This document shows positions 28,161-41,292 of a stretch of DNA of 64,000 nt, piece after piece. The stretch is from positions 11,594,001 through 11,658,000 of the forward strand of contig OX597818.1 in assembly GCA_951406725.2 (NCBI GenBank), read 5' to 3'. Position numbers and translations under genes: made by a program. This DNA is from Octopus vulgaris (lineage: Eukaryota). Numbering within the stretch: position 1 is the first letter of the stretch; each line of letters opens with the position of its first letter. A model generated the notes under the pieces. It was not told where the DNA came from and made no database searches. It saw nothing but the letters and a program-made list of their open reading frames with translations.

Positions 28161-28974
28161 TGACTTGGTATAAAAGCATTCAGTTTCATAAAAATGGATC
28201 TTGACAAGAGAAAATAAGGCATTTGAAAATTCTTTAATATCAATTTTTACATTATGTGTTTTATTTTCAATATGTATATTTATCTATTATTCTGTTTAGG
28301 GAATATTCTAAATAACAATATAAAATTTTAAGACAAGTGTGTTTTTATTAAAAGTAATGTTTGGCCTGTTTGAGTGTAGTCGGACGTTATAAGACCTATC
28401 GCTGTAGAAATAGGTCCACTTCGACTTGTGTGAATACACATTTGAACACATTTGTTTTGCATCATGAATCTATTTTGTCAACTGTCAAAACTAACTATTT
28501 CTGGAGCAATAGGTCTTATCACATCCGATTACACTCGAATGTCTTAAACACGAATTTATACGAATATATATATTTTATCTAACTCTTCTTCTTGTGACAT
28601 TATTTATATTTTTTTAATGTATAAATTATTGTTACAAAGTTAAAAATTTTGTCCACTTAACCCAGCATTCTGCTTATGGCGAAACTGATGACCTTCAATA
28701 GTTAAGTGAAAGACAAGATTTGTTATTTTACAGAAAACATTGATAATATTCACCACCTGTTACACTATATTACACTATATTACACTATATTCACCATTTA
28801 TTACAGCCTACTTTCCTCAAACAGAAACGATGTTATTTCGAACTGCCGACACCTTTACTTTTCCGAATTCTTTCTCATGCACTTTAAAACGGTTACTTGT
28901 TCAAGGTGCCACGCAGTGGAACTAAGCACTGAACAATTTGGTTGGAAAACAAGCTTCTTACCGTACAGCCACTC

Positions 28975-29035
<61 letters not shown>

Positions 29036-29284
29036 ATGTGTGTGTGCGCGCGCGAGTGTGTGCATATGTGTGTGTGTGTGTATATCAAAGTACCGAAGTG
29101 ATTCAAAAGTTTACGGCATCAAATTATAAGAGTTCGTTTAATACTTAGTGTGAATTGCAATTCTTTCTGGAATGTTCGATTAAACATAAAATATTGGAGT
29201 CATTTGATTATCATTAACATTCAAACTCTTGCCGTTAAACAAATGGTGGATTTTAGTGTGTGTGTTTATATATATATATATATA

Positions 29285-29411
29285 TATATATACATTAAAT
29301 GTACATACATATGGCTCCTTTCTCAATTTCTTTTTTGGTATAATATTCTACAGATATATATATCTTTGTATTTATGTATGTAGTGTTTATATATGTATAG
29401 GTGTATATATA

Positions 29412-29472
<61 letters not shown>

Positions 29473-29620
29473 TAAATGTACATACATATGGCTCCTTTCT
29501 CAATTTCTTTTTTTGGTATAATATTCTACAGATATATATATATATATATATCTTTCTATTTATGTATGTAGTGTTTATATATGTATAGGTGTATATATAT
29601 GTATATGTGTATATATATGT
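29285..29620. repeat. Tandem duplication of a unit of about 175 bp bounded by (TA)n
   Basis: tacattaaatgtacatacatatggctcctttctcaatttcttttttggtataatattctacagat occurs at about 29291 and 29468. Confidence 0.9.
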
Positions 29621-29667
29621 ATATGTATGTATATATATATATATATATATATGTATATGTAGATGCC

Positions 29668-29724
<57 letters not shown>

Positions 29725-30203
29725 TTTACACGTAGGGTGAGGGGGAGATAAAGTAAATGAGGAAGAGTGGCTATGTGTATATGTAAATGTGTGCTTGTAT
29801 ACATACATACGCGCGCGCGTGTGGTTCGTTGTTTCCTGTTTCCGAGTCATTTAATTCATAGAACAGGCAGCTGTTTGCTATTTTCTACAAAACTTTCAAA
29901 CTCACAACCGCCCCTCCGTCCATTATTAATCACTGCCAGCTTCTTTGAATATCCAGGTATATACATTTCACAAATGGTTTTCGCACAATTGGCTATTGAT
30001 CGGCGTTCTGTCTCTATATATTGTTGCATTATTGGCAAAGTAGCTCTCTTACTAGCTATTGTGATGACCTGTTCGCTTATATTGCAAATTATCTACATAA
30101 CCGTACTACATTATTACCAATCGTATGCCATTAACCGACTTTTCAGAGATTTCTTTGATCCATCCATCCATCAATCCAAATTCCTTCCTCCTACTTTCCT
30201 ACC

Positions 30204-30341
<138 letters not shown>

Positions 30342-30379
30342 TTATGTATCTGTTCACACTCTCACACACACACACATCC

Positions 30380-30413
<34 letters not shown>

Positions 30414-31169
30414 GCCTGCATATATACATACACACATATATATATGTATATATGTATATACTTGTGTATGTATGTGTGTGTATGTATGTATGTATGTATG
30501 TATGTATGTATGTATGTATGTATGTATGTATGTATGTATGTATGTAGGAACATTCATAAGCCCATTTATGAATCTAGAGTCATTTATTCTGGGATGTCAG
30601 GGAATATATTACAGAATGTGCCTTTTTAAAACTTTTATTTCAACTTACTTGGGTGAAATATAAGGGAAATCTTTAGCAGATCGAGCTATCATGCAGAGGC
30701 GCCTTCATTGATTCAGAGAAGTTCTTATATCCGCAAGCAATCCTATTTTCTCTCCAAATAAATCTCGTACCGAATGTATCCGTCAATTTAACATTGAATT
30801 ATATTTGTAAACCTTAGACTGGAGGCAATAGTGATGTGTCTGCCATAGCGATTGGTTAGAATGTCATACACAAATGAAGTCTTTTCAGTATCTATTTCAT
30901 TTATAAATATAAGAGTAAATGGATTCTCTATCGAGTGTTTTGATTAATTGAACTACATAGTCATTGAATTATAGTGTAAATATCTGCGTATTCCACGGAT
31001 ATGCTTTCTCTTAACTTAATTCTTAGGCAATTTAATGAGTAAATATTTTTGACAAGGTTATTTGTAACTTAATGCAATCTTTTAGGTCTCCAAACACCAT
31101 TAAGGTGAAACGTGCGTAGGAACTGCCTATCCTTTTTTTCCATGTGTGGTCGATGATATATATATATAT

Positions 31170-31470
31170 AGAACGCATGGCCTATTGGTTAGGGTATTGC
31201 ACCCACGATCACGAGATCGTGAGTTCAATTTCTAGACCGGGTGGTGCGTTGTGTTCTTGAGCAAAACAATTCATCTCATGTTCCTCTGCGATCACTTCGA
31301 CACCTGATACATGGTACACAGTGCATCTGTTCAGGCAATGCCGATTTGATGGAAAGAGTAAGCTAATGGGCGGCGGCATGAATATTTAATCACTATAAAC
31401 AAATAATCTGTGCAGGTCGTTCAGCAAAAGCTGAATACTCACACGTCATCTTCGGCGGGAAAGTCCATCA
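31170..31470 (+). mobile_element. SINE family D (head shared with family B, distinct tail)
   Basis: gcatggcctattggttagggt (A-box-like), gtgagttcaatttctagacc (B-box-like), tgtgttcttgagcaaaaca; inserted in (TA)n. Confidence 0.8.
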
Positions 31471-32052
31471 TGTATATATATATAAACATGCATACATACA
31501 TATATATGTGTGCGTGTTCAATATATGTGTATCCTACTATATATTACCACGTATGTGGCTAGGGATTCCACAGGCGCATATACCGTTTACGTGATAAAGC
31601 TGACTCTTTGATTTTTAGGTGTATACACCGATAAAAATAGAAAAATTAAATCTTCGAGTGAGGAAGGGAGTAGAGTTGGAAAAGTGAATGAAAGATTCCT
31701 ACAATATAGTGGGGGAATTAGAAAGTGTTAACATGATAAAGTAAATAATGCGAAACGAGAAACATTGCCTGTGCTGAAAGATGTGAAAAAGAAGCAGTCT
31801 TATAGAGATGAATTAGTTAAATAGTTAGGTGAGAGATTGACTGAGTGCGAGATAGAGAAAGAAATGGCCAGTAACCAGCCAGCATATGAGACAGGAAGTA
31901 AGACGAGAGGGTGGGTAACTATAGTGATAGACTCGAGAAAGAGTGAAAGAGGAAACTCTACCATCAGACAGGGTGCAGAAGAAAAATGAAGCTTTACAAT
32001 AGAGAGGAAGGAGTTAGGGAGGAAAGGTCATAAAACAGTGAGTGAATAAGAG

Positions 32053-32122
<70 letters not shown>

Positions 32123-32273
32123 CAAGAGGAACAGACCCAGAAATTTAACACACATGATATCAAAGCGTGTGCGTATGTGTGCAGGAGGAAGGAGGAAAAT
32201 GGAAGCGGAGATAGATTTTGACGAGAAGGAAAAAAAATCAAAGGGAACTACAATATACTGATCTATCTATTTG

Positions 32274-32315
<42 letters not shown>

Positions 32316-33507
32316 GTATAATTATGAATAGGGCAAATTTTAACCATTTTCTGCAGACTAGGTGTCCACATTATTCTGACAGTTTCCAGAGAAGCGATCA
32401 GCCAAACTGCTTATATACTCAACAAATGCAACAGTTACTCTATGAAGGGGTTCCTAATTTGCATACCGAAAGTGTTTAACTCTCTATAAATACCAGCGAT
32501 ATATATATATCTACTCACTATATGTATATACACAGACATGCATACACACATACCAGCATAATACATTCATGCAAACAGACAGACAAACATACAAATAGAG
32601 ACGAATAAAAGAAATGATAAAGTATGTAAATCAGTGAGAAATGGGAAGGTGTGCGAATGAGAGCGAAAATGTAAAGAAGTGAAGTGATGGTTTTCAAATC
32701 TAGATCAGTTAAATGAAGTCAAATCTGACGAAGTTCTTGATCACAGTATCTGCAAGACTTTGAACTGTAGAAATATCATGAAGAAATTAATTGTCGATGC
32801 AAAATAGGAAAGAGAATTGTTGTAAAGTGACAAGAAGAAACAAGCCAGATTCTAGATAAAAAGAATGCGAATAACTGAAAACAGACAGAAATAACAGAAA
32901 ATGAAGCGATTAAAGGGCAGAAATAAGCTGTCGCTTGACGGATGCCGGGTCTTGGCACCATTTCTGTCTTCTTTGTTTCCCCAACCAAGCTTGGGCAGAT
33001 CCGAGGTTATGGTAGAAAACACACGCACACACACACCGCCCGCGCAAAGCACTTGATGAATGTGTTAGGTAGTGAAATCGGGCTTCTTAATCATTTGGTC
33101 ACGTCTGTGTTCGTGACACTACCTGTACTTAGATTGACATATGCACATACACACACAAGTAACTTTCTCTTATGTAGACATGTATTTATGCTACATTTGA
33201 CATAATGAAAGCTTTACGGAGATAGATAAAGGATTAATACTATAGAATTGATTTACAATGAGCTGTCACATTTTTGGCGTCAATTATAAAGTTATTGCGC
33301 GTGTACGGTCATACACATATAAAGATTTCTTATCTATCACTGTTTTTTTTTCTATCTCTTACAACACAGCCTTTTGTCTCTTTCTAACATACTTTCTAGC
33401 AATCTTTCGGAGAAAGTATATGAAAAATGAAAATTCGGGAATTTGCGTAAAATTTTTTTCGTTTTTCTGTTGAATCGTTTAAGTTATTTTTTGCGTATGT
33501 ATGTGTT

Positions 33508-33574
<67 letters not shown>

Positions 33575-34489
33575 CCATATTTGTGTATATATATGTGTTT
33601 GTGTATTGATATGTATATTTGTGTATGTATATCTATTTCTTTATTCTTTTCTTGCTGAATCGCTGCTTATGTATTTTTTGTGTATGTATATATGTGTTTA
33701 TGTATGTATATATATTTGTGTAGGTATATGTACGTGTTTATATGCATGTATGGATGTACACAAATGCACATACACATATATACTTACATACGCAAATATA
33801 CATGCATGCACACGTAAACACATAATACATACGCAAAAAGATACATAAACACAAGTGATTCAACTGAAAAAACGTTTAAAAATAAAAGAAATTTTACGGA
33901 AATTGCCGAACAAGTACTTTCACTTTTCAAATACTTTTTTTCCAAAAGAATATCCACCTTCTCCTTATGTTATTCTCATTAAGCAGAGTTTCTTTCTCTC
34001 ACACGCCCTTCTCCTATCTTAATTTTCTCACCTTGATTTCTCGTAAGTACACACAAACTTTCTCTCTCTCTCTGCACTCTTCTCCCACTTTCTCACATTC
34101 ACACACGCTTTATCTATCTCTCCCACACACGCACACTGCTCACACACAGATATTCTCTCTATTTCAGTTTTGCCCTCTTATTCAAAACCAATGTATTTTG
34201 CATATTAGTTTCTTGATTCTACACTCAGGGTCCGATGTACCTAAGGGAAGCTTGAAATAAAATTCTTAACTACCCTGCACGCTGATCACAATGACTCTCT
34301 ATTTGTGCCGCCACAAGAAAGTATCTACGCAGCCGCTCGACTTGCTAATATAATAGCCAACCAGGCCTGTCGCCAGACTTTGGTGCCTGGGGGTGTTTCA
34401 CAATATTCTGGGTGGGCACTAATTTGTAATAATGTTAAAGTGGAGTTTCGAAATAAGTTCATCGCTGTAAATCTGAGTGTGCACTATTG

Positions 34490-34675
34490 CACTGCTTCAC
34501 AACCCTTTTTCACTTGCGGTACACATATATTCTTCTCAAACTTCGGCGGTACACCTGAACTAAAAATATTACTAAAATCATAGGGAAAAAAATTATATTC
34601 AGTTTACCCCGCGACACACCTCGCATCGTTTCGTGGTACACCAGTGTGCCGCAGCATACCGGCTGCGGAGCATTG
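34490..34675. mobile_element. hAT-type MITE with a perfect 8-bp TSD
   Basis: TIRs cactgcttcacaacc and ggctgcggagcattg; cactattg at 34482-34489 and 34676-34683; internal (g)cggtacac repeats. Confidence 0.88.
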
Positions 34676-34808
34676 CACTATTGAATAGTGAGGGGACAGC
34701 GCCGTCGAGTGCACACCCTTAGCAACGGGCATGACCTTAACTCATCCTCAAACATCTTAAGCAACGAAGGACACATTCGATAATATAGAGTTGGGATATC
34801 CCAGCATG

Positions 34809-35163
34809 GTGGAGGCGCAATGGCTCAGTGGTTAGGGAAGCGGATTCGCGGTCATAGGATCGCGGTTTCGATTCCCAGACCGGGTGTTGTGAGTATTTAT
34901 TGAGGCTCCGGCAGGGGATTGTGGCGAACCCTGCTGTACTCTTTCACCAAAACTTTATCTCACTCTTACTTCCTGTTTTTGTTGTGCCTGTACTTCAAAG
35001 GACCAGCCTTGTCACACTGTGTCACGCTGAATATCCCCGAGAACTACGTTAAGAGTACACGTGTCTGGAGTGCTCAACCACTTGCACGTTAATTTCACGA
35101 GCAGGCTGTTCCGTTGATCAGATCAACTGGAACCCTCGTCGTCGTAACCGACGGAGTGCCAAC
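34809..35163 (+). mobile_element. SINE family B with TSD
   Basis: tRNA-like head ggcgcaatggctcagtggttag...ggtttcgattccc; TSD atcccagcatg at 34798-34808 and 35164-35174. Confidence 0.9.
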
Positions 35164-35444
35164 ATCCCAGCATGATGTACATTGAAAGGATATTTTGATT
35201 CCGGGTCTACTCGGCAAATGTTGATCTAGGATTATGTAACAACAAAACAACAATATTTTTATTTCACATAAAGTAAATGTACAGGGGTCTTCATTGTAAC
35301 TCTCGTCAGAAATATTCTGCGAATTTTCGTATCGCTATTTTCAGTCTTTCACGATGTTCTTTAAGTTTTTGCTAACAACAATCCTAGACTCCCAAACAAC
35401 TTCCTCTTCGAAGGAGTTGATAAATTATGGAAAGGTTTAGGCAC

Positions 35445-35542
<98 letters not shown>

Positions 35543-35917
35543 TCTCTTCAGCCGAGTCTACTGTTTTGAAACTGGACTTCTTTCCACCAGTGACAGAATA
35601 TGCTCACGAAAGCTTTCCTTCTTGTTCTGAACTTGCATTACAATATTATCAACGTTAGTGATAGTAATCACTCATTGATGAATATCTCTGTTTTAGAATA
35701 CCAAAACAAGACAACGCGTATGCCTTTCTCTCTATGTATATATTAGGCACAAAAGAAAATGTATAGAAGAGTGAGAGAGAGAGAGGAGTGTGGGGAGAAA
35801 AATGGAAACGGAGACAGTTCCCTTTCATTTTTTTCTTCTTGTCAAAATCTGTCTTCGCTTCCATCTCTCTCCCTCTCTTTCGCTCTCTCTCCCCATCTCT
35901 CTTTCTCTTTCTCTTTC

Positions 35918-35957
<40 letters not shown>

Positions 35958-35961
35958 GAGA

Positions 35962-36075
<114 letters not shown>

Positions 36076-36079
36076 TCTA

Positions 36080-36112
<33 letters not shown>

Positions 36113-36131
36113 ATGTATACATATATGTATA

Positions 36132-36345
36132 TACGAAGGGGTACCGAAAAGTTCCTGGCTTTAAGGGTCTTGAGAAAGGCTTGGTCGGAGGCCCAAACTT
36201 CCGAGTTCTTTTACAGGGCTTACAAAAACTGAAGAACCGACGCAGTAAGTGCGTGAATCTGAGAGAGGAATATGTCAAATAAAATCATAATTACCTGACT
36301 CTCATGTATTTTCTATTACTCAAAGCAAGGAAATTTTCAGCACCC
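36132..36345 (+). mobile_element. Mariner-derived non-autonomous element retaining the transposase C-terminus
   Basis: TA-cgaaggggtaccgaaaagttcctggcttt and aaagcaaggaaattttcagcaccc inverted ends; the interior translates (with a frameshift) to EFFYRAYK-KLKNRRSKCVNLREEYVK*, like mariner FYxxGIxKLxxRWxKCVxxxGxYVE. Confidence 0.8.
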
Positions 36346-36365
36346 AATCCACGCGCGCGCGCGCT

Positions 36366-36775
36366 TATTCTTTTTATTTATTTCAGTAATTTGACTGCAG
36401 CCATGCTGGAGCACCGCCTTTAGTCGAACAAATCAAGCCAGAGCTTATTCTTTGTAAACTTAGTACTTATCTTATCGTTCCCTTTTGCTGAACCACTAAG
36501 TTACGGGGACGTAAACACACCAGCATCGGTTGTCAAATGGTGATGGTGGGAGGAAAAACACAGACACACAAACGTACACACACATACACACACACACACA
36601 CACACATATATGCGACAGGCTTCTTTCAGTTTCCGTCTACTAAATCCACTCACAAGATTTTGGTCAGCCCGTGGCTATAGTAGAAGACACTTGGCCACGG
36701 TGCCACGCAGTGGGACTGAACCCAGAACTATGTGGTTGGTAAGCAAGCTACTTACCACACAGCCATGCCTGTGTC
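36366..36775 (-). mobile_element. SINE family A, full length
   Basis: Reverse complement of the family A pattern, including the internal (CA)n. Confidence 0.9.
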
Positions 36776-37230
36776 TGTATGTATATATATATATATGTAC
36801 ATACATACACACGAACACACACACACACACACGCACCCATACACACGAACACACACACACACACACACGCACCCATACACACGAACACACACACACATAC
36901 GAACACATACACACATGTGAGAAATTATGATAAACACTAGTTTATAAAAATCGTTCCCGATATACGTTTCACCGTTGTAGTTGTTTGGAAACTTTGCGTT
37001 TCTGTATTGAATATTTCAAGTGCAATTGGAACTTTAAACATGGCGGTAGCAGTCGTGCACGTAACTGAACACATAAGATATAGTAGATTATACTAAACTA
37101 CATACATACATATGTCATATGTATATATTTAGCCAGAAATGCAAATATATATACACACCTATGTTCATAAAATATATACACATACATGTATATCTCTGTG
37201 TGTATAAATATATTACATATATTTATACGT

Positions 37231-37550
37231 GTGAAGGCGCATGGCTCCGTGGTTAGAGCGTCGAGCTTACGATCGTGAGGTTGTGAGTTCGAATCCCAGA
37301 CCGAGCTGCGTGTTGTATTCTTGAGCAAGACACTTTATTTCACGTTGTTCCAGTTCATTCAGCTGTAGAAATGAGTTGCGACATCACAGGTGCCAAGTTG
37401 TATCGGCCGTTGCCTTTCCCTTGGGTAACACTGGTGGCGTGGAGAAGGGAGGCCGGTATGCTTGGGCGACTGCTGGTCTTCCGTAAACAACTTTGCCCCG
37501 ACTTTCTAGGTGCAATCCCACGGCCAGTCATGACGGAAGGGGGTCTCAGC
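37231..37550 (+). mobile_element. SINE family E (tRNA head plus CORE-like segment, third tail type)
   Basis: gaaggcgcatggctccgtggttagagcg...gtgagttcgaatccc...ttcttgagcaagacactttatttcacgttgttccagttcattcagctgtagaaatgag, followed by a distinct tail. Confidence 0.85.
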
Positions 37551-37565
37551 ATTTATATATGTGCG

Positions 37566-37617
<52 letters not shown>

Positions 37618-37806
37618 AATATAATATACTATATATTTATATATTTAAATAATGAGGGAGATAAAATTGAATATTAATTTAATTAGTATCAATTTAAAAC
37701 CAGTAGCCTAGCATACAAAAATCTGAAGAATCAGAGAAAATTCTAATACATGTGTATATAATTAAAGGGCTAAAAAACCACTATGTGGCCAGCCATGTGC
37801 TAGAAG

Positions 37807-37935
37807 TAGATCACCTGCGATCAAACTACAAAGAAAAGGATGTTCTCTAGAGAAAAATTCAGCGGACACCAGAACAATATGCGGGCAAGACCTAGAGAAC
37901 ATCCTTTTCTTTGTAGTTTGATCGCAGGTGATCTA
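37807..37935. repeat. Perfect 44-bp inverted repeat (hairpin, 41-nt loop)
   Basis: 37807-37850 is the exact reverse complement of 37892-37935. Confidence 0.95.
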
Positions 37936-38023
37936 TATATTTATTTATATATATATGTCCTTGTGTATGTGTATATATATATATGTATCTATGTATGAAT
38001 GTATACACATATATATAGATATG

Positions 38024-38102
<79 letters not shown>

Positions 38103-38193
38103 GCGTATATGCTGTTTTTCTATAATATGCGATTAGAATATTTTCCCACATTCTCATAAGTAGTTTGTGGTCAAGTGTAAATATTCAAAAGTT

Positions 38194-38532
38194 GGTGCCG
38201 GTGTAGTATGTGATCTACATTAGTTCAAATGGTATAGTTTGTGACCTACAGCGACTTTTTGATCTACATTTAAAATTAATATGCAAACATTTTAATCTCA
38301 TCTAGATTTTCATTTGTTGGAAGATTTTAATCCGCGCTGTATACAAATAGTCACAGTGTTCATGCTTCTAGTATGAAATAAAAATCAATAAAAATGTTTC
38401 CTTTTTGGGGGGGTTTCTAAATGTTTAACTCACGCCTCTAATTATAATTGCAAATTTATAGCAAAATTTTGAATGTAGATCACAAGCTAGTCTAGATTTA
38501 AGTTGTAGTAGATCACATACAGCACCGGTACC
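38194..38532. mobile_element. MITE with GG...CC termini and an 8-bp TSD (Merlin-type signature)
   Basis: TIRs ggtgccggtgtagtatgtgatctac and gtagatcacatacagcaccggtacc; flanks caaaagtt (38186-38193) and taaaagtt (38533-38540); subterminal gatctac repeats. Confidence 0.8.
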
Positions 38533-38995
38533 TAAAAGTTTTCACAGTTAAATTACAAGAATTACTCACATTACGGATGTATCATTTACTATTACTTGTC
38601 TTAAATAAGGTATATTACAAACATATAACAATACCCTTTATATTGTAAATTTTATATTGAGCAATAGATCAAATTATTATACAGCGGCAAAACTTATCAA
38701 GAAATGTTATTTTATTTCTCTTCATCAACGAAAGCAAAGCCTTGGAGAAAATGTTTTTTTAGTTACGCTCTTTTTTTCTCTAAGTTCGAATCACACCGAT
38801 GTGATTCTTACCTTTCATCATTTGGGGCATCAATGGAATAAATAGAATAATCAGGTGTTTGTGAATCATTATTTTGAAAAATATTTTCTTCAGTATTTAT
38901 TCTTCTTTTAGTTATGACTATTCGCACCATCGTCTGAAAAGTTTTCTGATTTCAAATGCAATATTTGTTCCAATTAAAAAATAAGTTACTTTTAA

Positions 38996-39082
<87 letters not shown>

Positions 39083-39159
39083 AGTGCTAACACACGAAGC
39101 TCTCATAGTCTGTTTGCATCACCATAACTAAATATGTGTGTGTGTGTACCAGTATTATT

Positions 39160-39371
39160 GGTTTCAAATTTTGGTACAAGGCCACCAATTTTAAGGAAGG
39201 AGTAAGTCTATTACATTGACCTCAGTGTTCAACTGCTACTTATTTTATCGATTCCGTAAGGGCGAAATGCAAAGTCGACCTCGGCAGAATTTGAACATAG
39301 AACGTTAGGACGGACGAAAGCCGCTAAACATTTCCCCCGGCATGCTAACGACTCTGCCAGCTAGCCGCCTT
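39160..39371 (-). mobile_element. SINE family C
   Basis: Reverse complement of 39507-39730. Confidence 0.85.
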
Positions 39372-39402
39372 GCAGAGACTGACATTATTACATACCTGTT
39401 AT

Positions 39403-39452
<50 letters not shown>

Positions 39453-39506
39453 ATTGTGTTTATGTTTGTGTTTGCCACCACCACAGCTTACCAAATGGTA
39501 TTGGAT

Positions 39507-39730
39507 AAGGCGGCGAGCTGGCAGAAACGTTAGCACGCCGGGCGAAATGCTAAGCGGTATTTCGTTCTGAGTTCAAATTCTGCCGAGGTCGAATTTGCCT
39601 TTCATCCTTTCGGGGTCGATTAAATAAGTACCAGTTACGCAGTGGGGTCGATGTAATCGACTTAATACCTATGTCTGTCCTTGTTTGTCCTCTCTATGTT
39701 GAGCCCCTTGTGGGTAATAAAGAAATAGGT
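39507..39730 (+). mobile_element. SINE family C, near-intact, immediately followed by a family A 3' half (about 39735-39900)
   Basis: aaggcggcgagctggcagaaacgttagc...gagttcaaattctgccgaggtcga.tttgcctttcatcctttcggggtcgattaaataagtaccag. Confidence 0.88.
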
Positions 39731-40154
39731 ATTGGATTGTTTACACCGTTGTAATCCAGCAGTTCCGCAAAATAAACTCGATAGAACAAGTACCAGGTTT
39801 TAAAATAAAACTGTACTGGGGGTCGATAGGATCGACTAAAAAAACAAAGACCTCTCGAGCATGGCCGCAGCCCAATGACCAGAAAGCAAAAAATAAAAGG
39901 CATATATATTTGTAAAGTTGTCACGCATTTCCTGCTACTACGATAGTCATAACATATACAGCTATTCATCATGAAACATTTCTAACATGTGAGTTCTTGA
40001 AGTGAACTATGAACTTTTAAATATTTTGATATCGACTTTTGTAAAGAAAACATTTAGTATATACGCTCAACGCTGAACCAGCAACGGCTGAGGAGAATTC
40101 GGAGTTGATGTTTAGAAATACCATACTATGGAATGTACAGTTTATGACATATTG

Positions 40155-40239
<85 letters not shown>

Positions 40240-40493
40240 GCACACACACGATTCAGTGTGTGTGTATACATACATGCGTATACATACGGAGAGAAAGGGA
40301 GAGAGAGACAAACAGAGAGAAAGAGACAGACAGACAGACAGAAATTAATTTTTGCAAGGAAAATAATAATAGGCCTTCGAAGTTTCAGCTTGCCGCCTGT
40401 CATCTAGAAGCTACTTTTGTATTTAGTTTACTGTCATTCTTCAGGTTAATATGTCAGCTTGTTTTTATATATAAATTCTCATTACAACAAACC

Positions 40494-40524
<31 letters not shown>

Positions 40525-40549
40525 GTATGTACATATGTATGCATGTATG

Positions 40550-40583
<34 letters not shown>

Positions 40584-40664
40584 TGTATGTATGTATGCAT
40601 GTATGTATACATTTATATGTATATATATATTAATATATGTATATATGTATATATATATATATAT

Positions 40665-40963
40665 ATTAGAAAAAAACACCTTTTATCAATTCAAAATGAA
40701 AAATTAAATTACACCATCTAGAAAATTACATATAACAGAAGTATTAAATATACGATAAAAAATATACCGATGATTAAGTAATGTGCAAAATAATAAATAA
40801 AACATATATATACCAAATACATACGTTTTATTTATTATTTTGCACATTACTTAATCATCGGTATATTTTTTATCTTATATTTAATACTTCTATTATATGT
40901 AATTTTCTAGATGGTGTAATTTAATTTTTCATTTTGAATTGAGAAAAGGTTGTTTTTTCTAAT
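40665..40963. repeat. Fold-back inverted repeat (arms of about 139 bp, 21-nt loop) just downstream of the NHL gene stop codon
   Basis: 40665-40803 and 40825-40963 are reverse complements with few mismatches; (TA)n-rich on both sides. Confidence 0.95.
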
Positions 40964-41049
40964 TTATATATATACATATTATATTTTGTGAAATTTGATT
41001 TAGTATTTCTAAATTGAATTTTTCCCTGTTTGGAATAATATTCTCTCAA

Positions 41050-41166
<117 letters not shown>

Positions 41167-41184
41167 TTATGTATGTATGTTATG

Positions 41185-41218
<34 letters not shown>

Positions 41219-41292
41219 TTCATAAACTGGTACATACACACATGCGTGCATATACATATGCATATTGAAATAGAATAACGTCTACTTACGTT

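Noticed and set aside
28685-28712. CTGATGA...GAAA hammerhead-like string
   Set aside because: Stem II is only about 3 bp, there is no stem I or III, and such a match is expected by chance.
29856-30070. Minus-strand open frame ...KRATLPIMQQYIETERRSIANC...
   Set aside because: Weak acceptor and no recognisable family; the slight resemblance to a Merlin motif is not supported by neighbouring motifs.
34809-34885. tRNA-like sequences here and at 31170, 37231 and 57923
   Set aside because: These are SINE heads: no complete cloverleaf or acceptor stem, and each continues into a repeat body.
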